64,000 nucleotides of DNA. Source: an uncultured Alphaproteobacteria bacterium (GTDB taxonomy: Bacteria; Pseudomonadota; Alphaproteobacteria; Rhizobiales; Kaistiaceae). Under the pieces are notes generated by a model. That model saw only the letters and a program-made list of their open reading frames with translations. It was not told the origin of the DNA and did no database searches. Position 1 is the first letter of the stretch, and each line of letters opens with the position of its first letter. Both the position numbers and the translations under genes were made by a program. The stretch lies in contig CAVWYO010000009.1 of NCBI GenBank assembly GCA_963759235.1, forward strand, positions 90,499 to 154,498, written 5' to 3'. This document shows positions 33,569-42,142 of this stretch, piece by piece.

Positions 33569-34747
33569 GTGACCGCTCAGTTGGATGACGGGAAGTCCGG
33601 GCCAATCGGGGAAGAGGTGCCGGTTCTGTCGCTCGCCGTCAGGATCTCCATCGTCGGCACCTTTCTGCTCCTCCTGTTCGGCGCGCTTTATTTCGCGCGA
33701 GCCCTCGTCCTGCCGATCATCCTGGCGCTGCTCATCACGCTGACATTCATGCCGATGGTCCGCAGCCTCAACCGGCGCGGCATCCCGGCGGCGGCTTCGG
33801 CCGTCCTGCTCGTCGTGACCATGGGTGGGGCCGGCCTGATCGGGTCGATCCTGCTCGCCCAGCCGGTGACGCAGGTGGTCGAGGACGCTCCGCAAACGAT
33901 CCGCGACCTGCGGGCCCGTTTCTACGCCTTTCGCGGAACCGCATCGAAGCTCGTCGAGGCGAGCAAGCAGGTGCAGGACATCGCCGACGGCTCCGATGGC
34001 GCGGATAAGCCGCAGAAGGTGGTCATCGCCCAGCCCGGCGTCATTTCATGGGCGGCCGACGCGCTCTCCGGGATCGGATCGACGCTTGGCGCAACGCTTA
34101 TTCTCGTCGTCTTCCTGCTGTCGTCGGGTGACTTGTTTCTTCAAAAGCTGGTGCGGGTCCTGCCGACACTCCACGACAAGAAGCGGGTGCTGCGCATCGT
34201 TCATGACGTCGAATCGGAAGTCTCGCGTTACCTGCTGACCATCACGGTAATCAATGTCGTGTTCGGCTGCGCCGTCGGCCTGGCGATGGCGGTGCTCGGC
34301 ATGCCCAACCCGGTTCTGTGGGGGGCGGCCGCGGCACTTCTCAACTACGTGCCCTATCTTGGCGCGGTGGTCGGCATCGCACTCGCGGCGGCGACGGCGA
34401 TCGTCACATATCCCACGCTGGCGATGGCCGCCGTTCCGCCTGCCGCCTATTTCGTCCTTCACATTCTCGAGGGGACCGTCGTTACGCCGCTCACCCTCGG
34501 GCGGAGGCTGGAGCTCAACGCCGTCGTCATCCTGATCGCGCTTGCCTTCGCCGGCTGGCTGTGGGGCATCGTCGGCGCCATCATCGCGGTGCCGCTTCTG
34601 GTCGTCGTCAAGGTGTTCTGCGACCATCTCCCCAACCTCGCCAAGGTCGGAGAATTCCTCTCCGGCGACCTGCCGACCGCCGGCGAAACGGCGAACAGCG
34701 AGGTGGCGAACGCCACGTCGCCGGCGACCAACAAGCGCCTCGCCTGA
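33569..34747 (+). CDS. AI-2E family (PerM/UPF0118) transporter
   Basis: The start is set at GTG 33569, 8 nt after GGGAGG. It is polytopic, with the family-typical ...LLNYVPYLGAVVGIALAA... and ...WLWGIVGAIIAVPLLVVVKVF. Confidence 0.8.
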   Translation: MTAQLDDGKSGPIGEEVPVLSLAVRISIVGTFLLLLFGALYFARALVLPIILALLITLTFMPMVRSLNRRGIPAAASAVLLVVTMGGAGLIGSILLAQPVTQVVEDAPQTIRDLRARFYAFRGTASKLVEASKQVQDIADGSDGADKPQKVVIAQPGVISWAADALSGIGSTLGATLILVVFLLSSGDLFLQKLVRVLPTLHDKKRVLRIVHDVESEVSRYLLTITVINVVFGCAVGLAMAVLGMPNPVLWGAAAALLNYVPYLGAVVGIALAAATAIVTYPTLAMAAVPPAAYFVLHILEGTVVTPLTLGRRLELNAVVILIALAFAGWLWGIVGAIIAVPLLVVVKVFCDHLPNLAKVGEFLSGDLPTAGETANSEVANATSPATNKRLA

Positions 34748-34861
34748 AAAAGGCCGACGGTCGCTTTCCTTTCCGGTAGCGGGTGGGCTATTCAACGGCA
34801 GCTAACGGCGTCGGTCGTGCGCGCCCTTTCAAACGGGTCCGGCAGAGGAGTTACCAGCGAG

Positions 34862-35734
34862 ATGATCATCGTCACCGGGGGAAGCGGAAAACTCGGCCGC
34901 GCCTGCGTCAAGGAGCTGATGGAGCACGGTCACAATGTCACCTCGGTCGATCTCGTCCCGCCGCCCGGGCTCACCAATCCGCCGAGCCCGGGAGACGTGC
35001 GTTTCACGCGGGCCGACGTAACCGATTTCGGCCAGGCGATGGCGGCGCTGTCGATGATCGACGAGCGGGTGGAGAAGGTCACCGGCGTCGTTCACCTCGC
35101 CGCGATTCCGGCGCCCGGTCAGGCACCCAACCACGTCACCTTCGCCACCAACACCATCTCCACCTACAATATCTTCGAGGCGGCCCGTCAGCTTGGCATC
35201 AAGAACATCGTCTGGGCGTCGAGCGAGACCGTGTTCGGCATCCCCTATCCGAAAGGGCCGGCCTATGTGCCCGTCGACGAGGAGATCACCCGGCCCGAGA
35301 CCGCCTATTCGCTGTCGAAGCTGGTGGGCGAGGAGATGGCCAAGCAATTCTGCCGGTGGGATCCGGAGCTGAAGATGGTCGGCCTGCGCTTCTCGAACGT
35401 GATGTATCCCGAGGAATACGAGCGCTTCCCTGATTTCGACGCCGATTCCCGCGCGCGGCACTTCAACCTGTGGACCTATATCGACGCGCGCGACGGCGCC
35501 CAGGCGGTCCGCCTGGCGCTTGAAGCCGACATCAAGGGTGCCGAGGTGTTCGGCATCGCCAATGCGGACTCGGTGATGAGCCGCGCCAACGAGGACCTGG
35601 TCGCCGAGGTGTTTCCCGCCGCCGAGCGCAAGCGTCGTCTGGAGGCGAACGAGTCGCTGATCTCGATCGACAAGGCTCGGCGCGTGCTCGGCTACCAGCC
35701 GAAGTACAGCTGGCGCGATCATGCCAAGCGCTGA
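34862..35734 (+). CDS. NAD-dependent epimerase/dehydratase family protein
   Basis: ATG 34862 follows AGAGGAG. MIIVTGGSGKLGRACVKEL has the Rossmann GxxGxxG; YSLSK is the SDR YxxxK. Confidence 0.85.
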   Translation: MIIVTGGSGKLGRACVKELMEHGHNVTSVDLVPPPGLTNPPSPGDVRFTRADVTDFGQAMAALSMIDERVEKVTGVVHLAAIPAPGQAPNHVTFATNTISTYNIFEAARQLGIKNIVWASSETVFGIPYPKGPAYVPVDEEITRPETAYSLSKLVGEEMAKQFCRWDPELKMVGLRFSNVMYPEEYERFPDFDADSRARHFNLWTYIDARDGAQAVRLALEADIKGAEVFGIANADSVMSRANEDLVAEVFPAAERKRRLEANESLISIDKARRVLGYQPKYSWRDHAKR

Positions 35735-37343
35735 TGGTCCGACCATAGCTTACGCGTTCGACACGGCGATCGCCGAGACAGGCATGGTCGTCGCCCCTCA
35801 CCGGGCGGCGGCGGAAGCCGGCGCCGACGTTCTGCGCGCCGGCGGCAACGCCGTCGAGGCGATGATCGCCGCGGCGGCGACCATTGCCGTCGTTTATCCG
35901 CACATGAACGGGCTCGGCGGCGACGCCTTCTTCCTCATCGCCGAGCCGGGCCGGCCTCCGCGGGCGATCGACGCCTGTGGACGAGCCGGCTCGCTCGCTA
36001 CCATCGCAAGCTACCGGGCCAAAGGATACGACACGGTGCCGACGCGGGGCGCCGATGCGGCGTTGACGGTGGCGGGTGCCGTATCGGGCTGGCTGCTCGC
36101 CAGCGAGATCGCCGAAGCGCTCGGCGGGCGACTGCCGCGGCGGGACCTGCTTGCCGCCGCCATCCGCCACGCCAAGGAAGGCATCACGGTCAGCCGCTCG
36201 CAGGCGAGCTGCGTAGCCGACGACCGCGACCGTGTCACCTCGGTTCCGGGCTTTGACGCCCACTTCATGGTCGACGGCAAGCCGCCCGAAGTCGGGTCGC
36301 GCCACGTTCAGGAGCGCCTTGCCGACACGCTCGACCAGCTTGCCCATGCGGGCCTGGCGGACTTCTATCGCGGCGACGTGGGGGCCGCGATCGCCGCCGA
36401 CCTCGAAGCGGCGGGGAGCGCGGTGACGCATGCGGATCTGAGAAAGCAGGAGGCGATACTGACCGCGCCGCTGTCGGTCGCCCTTGCCGATGTGACCCTG
36501 TTCAATACGCCGCCGCCCACCCAGGGGTTGGCGTCGTTGATCATCCTTGCCTTGTTCGACCGCCTCGGGGTCAAACGCGGCGAGAGCTTCGCGCACGTCC
36601 ACGGGCTGATCGAGGCCGCAAAGCAGGCTTTCGGCGTCCGCGACGTTGAGATCAAGGATCCCGACCATGCCGGCGATATCGGTCGCTATCTCGAGCCCGC
36701 CTGGCTCGATCGGGCGGCCAATCGGATCGACATGCGCCGCGCCGGGCCATGGCCGCCGGCCGATGACCAAAGCGACACCATCTGGATGGGCGCTATCGAC
36801 CGGAACGGCCTGGCGGTCTCCTTCATCCAGTCGCTCTATTGGGAGTACGGCTCGGGCGTCGTTCTGCCGCGGACCGGCATCCTCTGGCAGAACCGCGGCA
36901 TCAGCTTCTCGCTCGATCCGTCGGCACCCAATCCGCTGATGCCGGGGCGCAAGCCGTTCCATACGCTCAACCCGGCCTTCGCCCGGTTCAAGGATGGCCG
37001 CACGATGGTCTACGGCTCGATGGGCGGCGACGGCCAGCCGCAGTTCCAGTCGGCGATCTTCACCCGGCATGTCCGCTTCGGCATGGAGCCCGGCGAGGCG
37101 ATCGCCGCGCCTCGCTGGCGCTGGGGGCGGACCTGGGGCGAGGGCCAGACCGGCGTCGAAATCGAGAACCGCTTCGATCCGGACCTGCTCGCGGCGCTCG
37201 AGCAGGCCGGCCATCACCTGACGGTTCTCGACGAGCCCTATTCCGACGGGATGGGCCACGCCGGGATGATCATCCGCCGCGCCGACGGCCGTCTCGCCGG
37301 CGCTTCCGACCCGCGTTGCGACGGCGAGGCCGTCGCAGCCTGA
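35721..37343 (+). CDS. gamma-glutamyltransferase-family protein
   Basis: GMVVAPHRAAAEAGADVLRAGGNAVEAMIAAAATIAVVYPHMNGLGGDAFFLI... and DTIWMGAIDRNGLAVSFIQSLYWEYGSG (autoprocessing Thr context). It overlaps the epimerase stop by 14 nt. Confidence 0.85.
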   Translation: MPSADGPTIAYAFDTAIAETGMVVAPHRAAAEAGADVLRAGGNAVEAMIAAAATIAVVYPHMNGLGGDAFFLIAEPGRPPRAIDACGRAGSLATIASYRAKGYDTVPTRGADAALTVAGAVSGWLLASEIAEALGGRLPRRDLLAAAIRHAKEGITVSRSQASCVADDRDRVTSVPGFDAHFMVDGKPPEVGSRHVQERLADTLDQLAHAGLADFYRGDVGAAIAADLEAAGSAVTHADLRKQEAILTAPLSVALADVTLFNTPPPTQGLASLIILALFDRLGVKRGESFAHVHGLIEAAKQAFGVRDVEIKDPDHAGDIGRYLEPAWLDRAANRIDMRRAGPWPPADDQSDTIWMGAIDRNGLAVSFIQSLYWEYGSGVVLPRTGILWQNRGISFSLDPSAPNPLMPGRKPFHTLNPAFARFKDGRTMVYGSMGGDGQPQFQSAIFTRHVRFGMEPGEAIAAPRWRWGRTWGEGQTGVEIENRFDPDLLAALEQAGHHLTVLDEPYSDGMGHAGMIIRRADGRLAGASDPRCDGEAVAA

Positions 37344-37363
37344 CCGACATTGAGGCCGAGGCC

Positions 37364-38554
37364 ATGCTTATTCCCGCCGACCCCGTCAATGCCTTCGTCG
37401 ACTATCCCGACCGTCCGGTCCCGCACGCCGCGGACGGCCCGCTCGCCGGCCTGACTTTCGCGGTCAAGGACATTTTCGACGTGGCCGGCTACCCGACCGG
37501 CTGCGGCAATCCCCTGAAACGCGCCGAGAGCCCGCCGGCCAAGGCGCACGCGCCGGCGGTGAAAATGCTGCTCGACGCCGGCGCGCGCTTCGTCGGCAAG
37601 ACCCACACGGCGGAACTCGCCTTCTCGCTCGACGGCATCAACACCCACTACGGCACGCCCATCAATCCCGCCGCGCTGGAGCGCGTGCCGGGCGGATCGT
37701 CGTCCGGATCGGCGGCGGCCGTCGCCGCCGGATTGGTCGACATCGCGCTCGGCAGCGACACCGGTGGATCGGTCCGCGCGCCGGCGTCATTCTGCGGCAT
37801 CATCGGTCTCCGCCCGACTTTCGGACGCATCGAAATCGGCGGCGCCATGCCGCTTGCCCAGACCCTCGATACCGTCGGCTGGTTCACTCGCGACATCCCA
37901 GTCTATGAGCGGGTCGGCACGGTGATGCTCGGCGAGGATGCCGAAGGGCCGCCGCTCGCCCGCATGGTGATTGCCGAGGATGCCTTTGCCTGTCTGATGG
38001 GAGCGGAGGAGGCCGAGGCGCTCAACCCGACAGTCGAGCGCCTCGCGGCCGACTTTGCCCCGCCGGAGCGGACGACGCTTGCGCTCGACGGCGATCTCGC
38101 TGTCTGGCAGCAGACCTTCCGCACCGTGCAGGGGTTTCAGGCATGGCGGAACCATGGCGCGTGGATCGAAGATCGCAAGCCCGATTTGATGGAGGCGGTG
38201 CGCGGCCGGTTCATGGCGGCGCGGCGCGTCTCGGAGAGCGAATACAACGAGGCGGTCGCGCGGCGGGCCGCCATCCGCGGCCGCGTTCTCGACATCCTCG
38301 GCGAGGACGGGTTCATTGTCCTGCCGACCCTGCCGGCGGTCGCGCCCTTGCTGCGGTCGACGGAGGCTGAAATCGAAGCGTTCCGGTCGCGCGCCTTGTC
38401 GATGCTCTGCTGCGCCGGGCTCGCCGGCGTCCCGCAGATTTCGCTGCCGGTTGCGACGGTCGGCGGCTCTCCGCTCGGTCTGTCGCTGATCGGCCCGCCG
38501 GGACGGGACCGGGCGTTGATCGCCCTCGGGCGCAAGGTCCTCGCGGACGCATGA
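37364..38554 (+). CDS. amidase-signature family amidase (396 aa)
   Basis: ATG 37364. GLTFAVKDIFDVAGYPTGCG, GGSSSGSAAAVAAGLVDIALGSDTGGSVRAPASFCG (AS-family GGSS/Ser-cisSer-Lys signature). Confidence 0.9.
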   Translation: MLIPADPVNAFVDYPDRPVPHAADGPLAGLTFAVKDIFDVAGYPTGCGNPLKRAESPPAKAHAPAVKMLLDAGARFVGKTHTAELAFSLDGINTHYGTPINPAALERVPGGSSSGSAAAVAAGLVDIALGSDTGGSVRAPASFCGIIGLRPTFGRIEIGGAMPLAQTLDTVGWFTRDIPVYERVGTVMLGEDAEGPPLARMVIAEDAFACLMGAEEAEALNPTVERLAADFAPPERTTLALDGDLAVWQQTFRTVQGFQAWRNHGAWIEDRKPDLMEAVRGRFMAARRVSESEYNEAVARRAAIRGRVLDILGEDGFIVLPTLPAVAPLLRSTEAEIEAFRSRALSMLCCAGLAGVPQISLPVATVGGSPLGLSLIGPPGRDRALIALGRKVLADA

Positions 38555-39954
38555 GCGGGGACGATATGAAGGCGGTGATGAAGCCGCTCTGTTTCGTGCT
38601 GATGCCGTTTGGCCGGAAGCCGGAAGGCTCAGGCCGGGTCATCGATTTCGACGCCGTCTATCAAGAGATCATCGCTCCGGCGGTCGCGGCGGCGGGGATG
38701 GAGGCGATCCGCGCCGATCACGAGGAGATCGGCGGCACCATCCATAAGCCGATGTTCGAACGGCTGATGCTTTGCGACTACGCGGTCGCCGACCTCACCG
38801 GCGCCAATCCCAACGTCTATTACGAACTCGGCATCCGCCACGCGCTCCGTCCGCACAGCACGGTGATCGTCTTCGCCGACGGGACGGCGCTTCCCTTCGA
38901 CATCGCCTCGCAACGCGGGGCGCCGTACCGGCTCGACGACGGCGGCAGTCCGGTCGACCCGCAGGGCGACGGCGACATGATCGCCAGGCGGCTCCGCACG
39001 GCGCACGAGAATACCCATGACGACAGCCCGCTGTTCCAGATGATCGACGGCATGCCGCGGCTCGAGGTCGACCATGCCAAGACGGACATCTTCCGCGATC
39101 GCGTCACCATCGCGCAGGCGTACAAGAGCGCTCTCGCCAAGGCCCGCAAGGCGGGCCTCGCGGCGGTGCGCGCGGTTGCCGCCGATCCGCAGCTTGCCGA
39201 TCTCCGCGATGTCGAGGCCGGGGTTATCGTCGACCTGCTTCTCTCGTTCCGGGCGGTGGGCACGCGGGAGGGATGCGAGGAGATGATCGCCCTCCATGCG
39301 CGCATGCCGAAGGTGTTGCAGCGGGCGCGCATGGTGCGCGAACAGCTCGGCTTCGCGCTCAATCGGGTCGGGCGGGCGGAGGAGGCCGAGAGCGTTCTCG
39401 TCGAAGTGATCAAGGAGTTCGGCCAAAACAGCGAGACCAACGGTCTGCTCGGCCGGGTCTACAAGGATCTTTGGGAGCAGGCCAAGGCGGACGGCCGCAG
39501 GATGGAGGCGCGCGGCTATCTCAAGCGCGCCATCGAAACCTATCGCGCCGGTTTCGAGGCGGACTGGCGCGATCCCTATCCGGGGGTCAATGCGGTGACG
39601 CTGATGGCGCTGCAGGAGAAGCCCGATCCGGCGCTGAAGGACCTGCTGCCGGTGGTTCGCTATGCCGCCTTGCAGCGCGCCCGCCGGGACGCCGGCCACG
39701 GCGGCGACTATTGGGACCATGCGACACTCCTCGAACTTGCCGTGCTCGGCGGCGACGAGGAGGAGGCGGAGGAGGCCGCGGCGGCGGCGCTTGCCGTGGT
39801 CCGCGAGCCGTGGGAGCCGGCGACGACGGCACGCAACCTTCGGCTCATCCGCGAAGCCCGCGAGGGGCGCGGCGAAGACGCGGGCTGGATCGCCGACATC
39901 GAGGACGCTCTCGCCGGCGCCGAGGCGCGCCTGAAGGGCGGGGCGGGGCACTGA
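38551..39954 (+). CDS. nucleoside 2-deoxyribosyltransferase-like N-terminal domain + TPR-like C-terminal domain (DUF4071 / MAP3K-ASK N-terminal-region-like), 467 aa
   Basis: The ATG overlaps the amidase stop (ATGA). N-terminal KPLCFVLMPFGRK...DFDAVYQEIIAPA...CDYAVADLTGANPNVYYELGIRHAL. C-terminal NGLLGRVYKDLWEQA...YLKRAIETYRAGFEADWRDPYPGVNAVTLMAL. The family assignment is from motif memory and needs an HMM check. Confidence 0.65.
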   Translation: MSGDDMKAVMKPLCFVLMPFGRKPEGSGRVIDFDAVYQEIIAPAVAAAGMEAIRADHEEIGGTIHKPMFERLMLCDYAVADLTGANPNVYYELGIRHALRPHSTVIVFADGTALPFDIASQRGAPYRLDDGGSPVDPQGDGDMIARRLRTAHENTHDDSPLFQMIDGMPRLEVDHAKTDIFRDRVTIAQAYKSALAKARKAGLAAVRAVAADPQLADLRDVEAGVIVDLLLSFRAVGTREGCEEMIALHARMPKVLQRARMVREQLGFALNRVGRAEEAESVLVEVIKEFGQNSETNGLLGRVYKDLWEQAKADGRRMEARGYLKRAIETYRAGFEADWRDPYPGVNAVTLMALQEKPDPALKDLLPVVRYAALQRARRDAGHGGDYWDHATLLELAVLGGDEEEAEEAAAAALAVVREPWEPATTARNLRLIREAREGRGEDAGWIADIEDALAGAEARLKGGAGH

Positions 39955-40054
39955 TCCGCCCCTTGGCCGTCATCGCCGCAGGACGCGAAAATCGGCGGAA
40001 TTGCCTCGATATGGCCGCAGTGTCTTGACCTCAATCGCTGGGGATTGTTGCGGG

Positions 40055-40705
40055 ATGCGACTGTTCGGACTCGCCGCTGTTGTTCCGGTCCTGCTCGCCA
40101 CGAGCCTGGCCGCGGCAGCGCATCCGCATATCTTTATCGACGCTCACGCCGAGATTGTTTTCGACGGCAGCGGCAAGATCACCGCGATCCGCGACATCTG
40201 GCAGTTCGACGAAGCGTTCACCGCCTTCGCGGTCCAGGGGCTCGACGCCAATGACGACGGCAAGCTCAGCGATGCCGAGCTGGAGCCGCTCGCCAAGGTC
40301 AACATCGAGTCCCTCAAGGAATACGATTTCTTCACTTGGTTGTCGGTCGGCAAGCAGGACTTCGAGTTCGTGACGCCGACCGAGTACTGGCTGGAGTTCT
40401 ACGGCGGGAAGCTGACCCTTTTCTTCACCTTGCCGCTCAAGGCGCCGGTCGCCGTCGGGCCGCAGACGACGCTGGAGATCTTCGATCCCGAATATTTCGT
40501 CGCCTTCACCTTCGCCGGCGACAACCCGATCAAGCTGGATGGCGCGCCGGCCGGCTGCACGGCGCTCTACAGACCGCCGGCAGCCCTCGACGCATCGACG
40601 ATGGCGGAGCTCAGCGCCATTCCCGCCGATCAGCACGATCTTCCGCCGGAGCTCGAGAATGCGGCATCGGACCTCGCCAATCTGATCAGGATCGAGTGCA
40701 AATGA
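40055..40705 (+). CDS. DUF1007 family periplasmic protein
   Basis: ATG 40055; signal MRLFGLAAVVPVLLATSLAAAAHPHIFIDAH...; IRDIWQFDEAFTAFAVQGLDANDDGKLSDAELEPLA is the typical DUF1007 pattern. Confidence 0.8.
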   Translation: MRLFGLAAVVPVLLATSLAAAAHPHIFIDAHAEIVFDGSGKITAIRDIWQFDEAFTAFAVQGLDANDDGKLSDAELEPLAKVNIESLKEYDFFTWLSVGKQDFEFVTPTEYWLEFYGGKLTLFFTLPLKAPVAVGPQTTLEIFDPEYFVAFTFAGDNPIKLDGAPAGCTALYRPPAALDASTMAELSAIPADQHDLPPELENAASDLANLIRIECK

Positions 40706-40764
40706 AGCGCGTGTCGCCTCGGCCGGCGATGGCGCCGCCTGGGCGGCCGTCGCCAGATTTGCAA

Positions 40765-41541
40765 TTATTCGGCGGCCGCCAGGATCGGCCGCCGTTTCGC
40801 CATCCGGGCGCGCACGGCTTGCCCGAAGGCGGCGAACAGCCTGGCCGACGGCTCGTCACTTTCGACCCAGTACTCCGGATGCCACTGGACGCCGATGGCA
40901 AAGCCGGGGGCGCCGATGACCCGCACCGCCTCGATGGTGCCGTCGGGGGCGGTGGCTTCGATGGCGAGCCCCGGCGCGAGCGTGCCGATCCCCTGGCGGT
41001 GCAGCGAATTGACTCGAACCGTCCCGGCGCCGAGCACCCTCGCAAGCTCCCCTTCCGCGGCGATGTCGACATCCTGGCGGATGGCGAAACGTTCGGCCTG
41101 CTCGTCGGACACCGGGGCACGGTGATCGTGCCGGCCCTCGACTTCCTGCAACTCCGAGATCAGGGTGCCGCCGAGCGCGACGTTCAGTTCCTGCATGCCG
41201 CGGCAGATGGCAAACAGCGGGACGCCCTTGCGGAGCGCGGCAGCGATCAGGGCGAAGCTCGACGCGTCGCGCGCCGTGTCATACGGCTCCGACATCGGGT
41301 CCGGCTTCTCGCCGTAACGCGCGGGATGGACGTTCGATCGACTGCCGGGCAGGAGCACGCCGTCGATGCGGTCGAGGAGGGCATCGATGTCGAGCCCATC
41401 GGCGAGCGACGGAAGGATCAGCGGCAAGCCGCCGAAGCCGGTGACGATCGCCTTGAGATAGGGCTCCGCCGCCGCATGCCAGCGGTAGCCGTCGACCTCC
41501 TTGACGTCCGCCGGGACAACGATGATCGTAGTTTCGCTCAT
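40765..41541 (-). CDS. class I glutamine amidotransferase / gamma-glutamyl-GABA hydrolase (PuuD, peptidase C26) family
   Basis: ...GVLLPGSRSNVHP..., nucleophile context PLFAICRGMQELN, and C-terminal GVQWHPE. Confidence 0.85.
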   Translation of the reverse strand: MSETTIIVVPADVKEVDGYRWHAAAEPYLKAIVTGFGGLPLILPSLADGLDIDALLDRIDGVLLPGSRSNVHPARYGEKPDPMSEPYDTARDASSFALIAAALRKGVPLFAICRGMQELNVALGGTLISELQEVEGRHDHRAPVSDEQAERFAIRQDVDIAAEGELARVLGAGTVRVNSLHRQGIGTLAPGLAIEATAPDGTIEAVRVIGAPGFAIGVQWHPEYWVESDEPSARLFAAFGQAVRARMAKRRPILAAAE

Positions 41542-41808
41542 GGCGCATATTTCGGCAGTCCGGCGTCAAGATCAATAGGGCGGATCGCCTTGACAGGATT
41601 GGGAAAACACCATTTCTGTCACATTGCCGGAAGTTGCCGGCGCGACAAATCACCAGTCGCCGCCACGTCTCGGCGATCATGGCAGGCAGCCTGCGATGGA
41701 CCGGCCGGCTTGGTAAGCAACGCCTGCGCCGCACCGGAACCAGCGCCTGTCGCGGAGCGTTCCTCTGTGTGGGGATCGCTCGCGATCCGGGAAGCATGGA
41801 GGGAACCG

Positions 41809-42000
41809 ATGCCTGCGAAATCGAAAGCTCAGCAGAAGGCCGCCGGGGCGGCGCTGTCGGCCAAACGCGGCGAAACCAAGGTGGGCGCGCTGAAAGGCGC
41901 GTCGCGCCAGATGTACAAGTCGATGACCGAGGACCAGCTCGAAGAGCTGGCCGAGACCTCCCGAAGCGGCAAGCCGGAGCACGTCCGCAAATCGGCTTGA
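41809..42000 (+). CDS. DUF3008-like small protein (63 aa)
   Basis: MPAKSKAQQKAAGAALSAKRGETKVGALKGASRQMYKSMTEDQLEELAETSRSGKPEHVRKSA. GGAGGG lies upstream. It is the only coding part of the artefactual 554-aa ORF 40336..42000. Confidence 0.7.
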   Translation: MPAKSKAQQKAAGAALSAKRGETKVGALKGASRQMYKSMTEDQLEELAETSRSGKPEHVRKSA

Positions 42001-42142
42001 CTCCACGCGCCGCGAGCGCTCCGATCCTGGTCGGCGGCGCCCGGCGCTTTCCGTCTCCTTTGCAGTCCGGCCCGCCCGGCGATTGACCCGGCCGCGCAGG
42101 TCGGCAACATACCCCTGTTCGGTGCCAGGCAAGGGAGGCTCC

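Noticed and set aside
41586-41625. TTGACA plus TGACAG-N19-CTGTCA inverted repeat in the puuD / DUF3008 intergenic region, as a promoter/operator
   Set aside because: There is no convincing -10 element at the right spacing, and the 6-bp arms are short enough to occur by chance. Not reported as a feature.
40336-42000. 554-aa plus-strand ORF
   Set aside because: Most of it is antisense to the PuuD-like gene or crosses an intergenic region. Only the last 63 codons (41809-42000, a DUF3008-like peptide with its own RBS) look coding.
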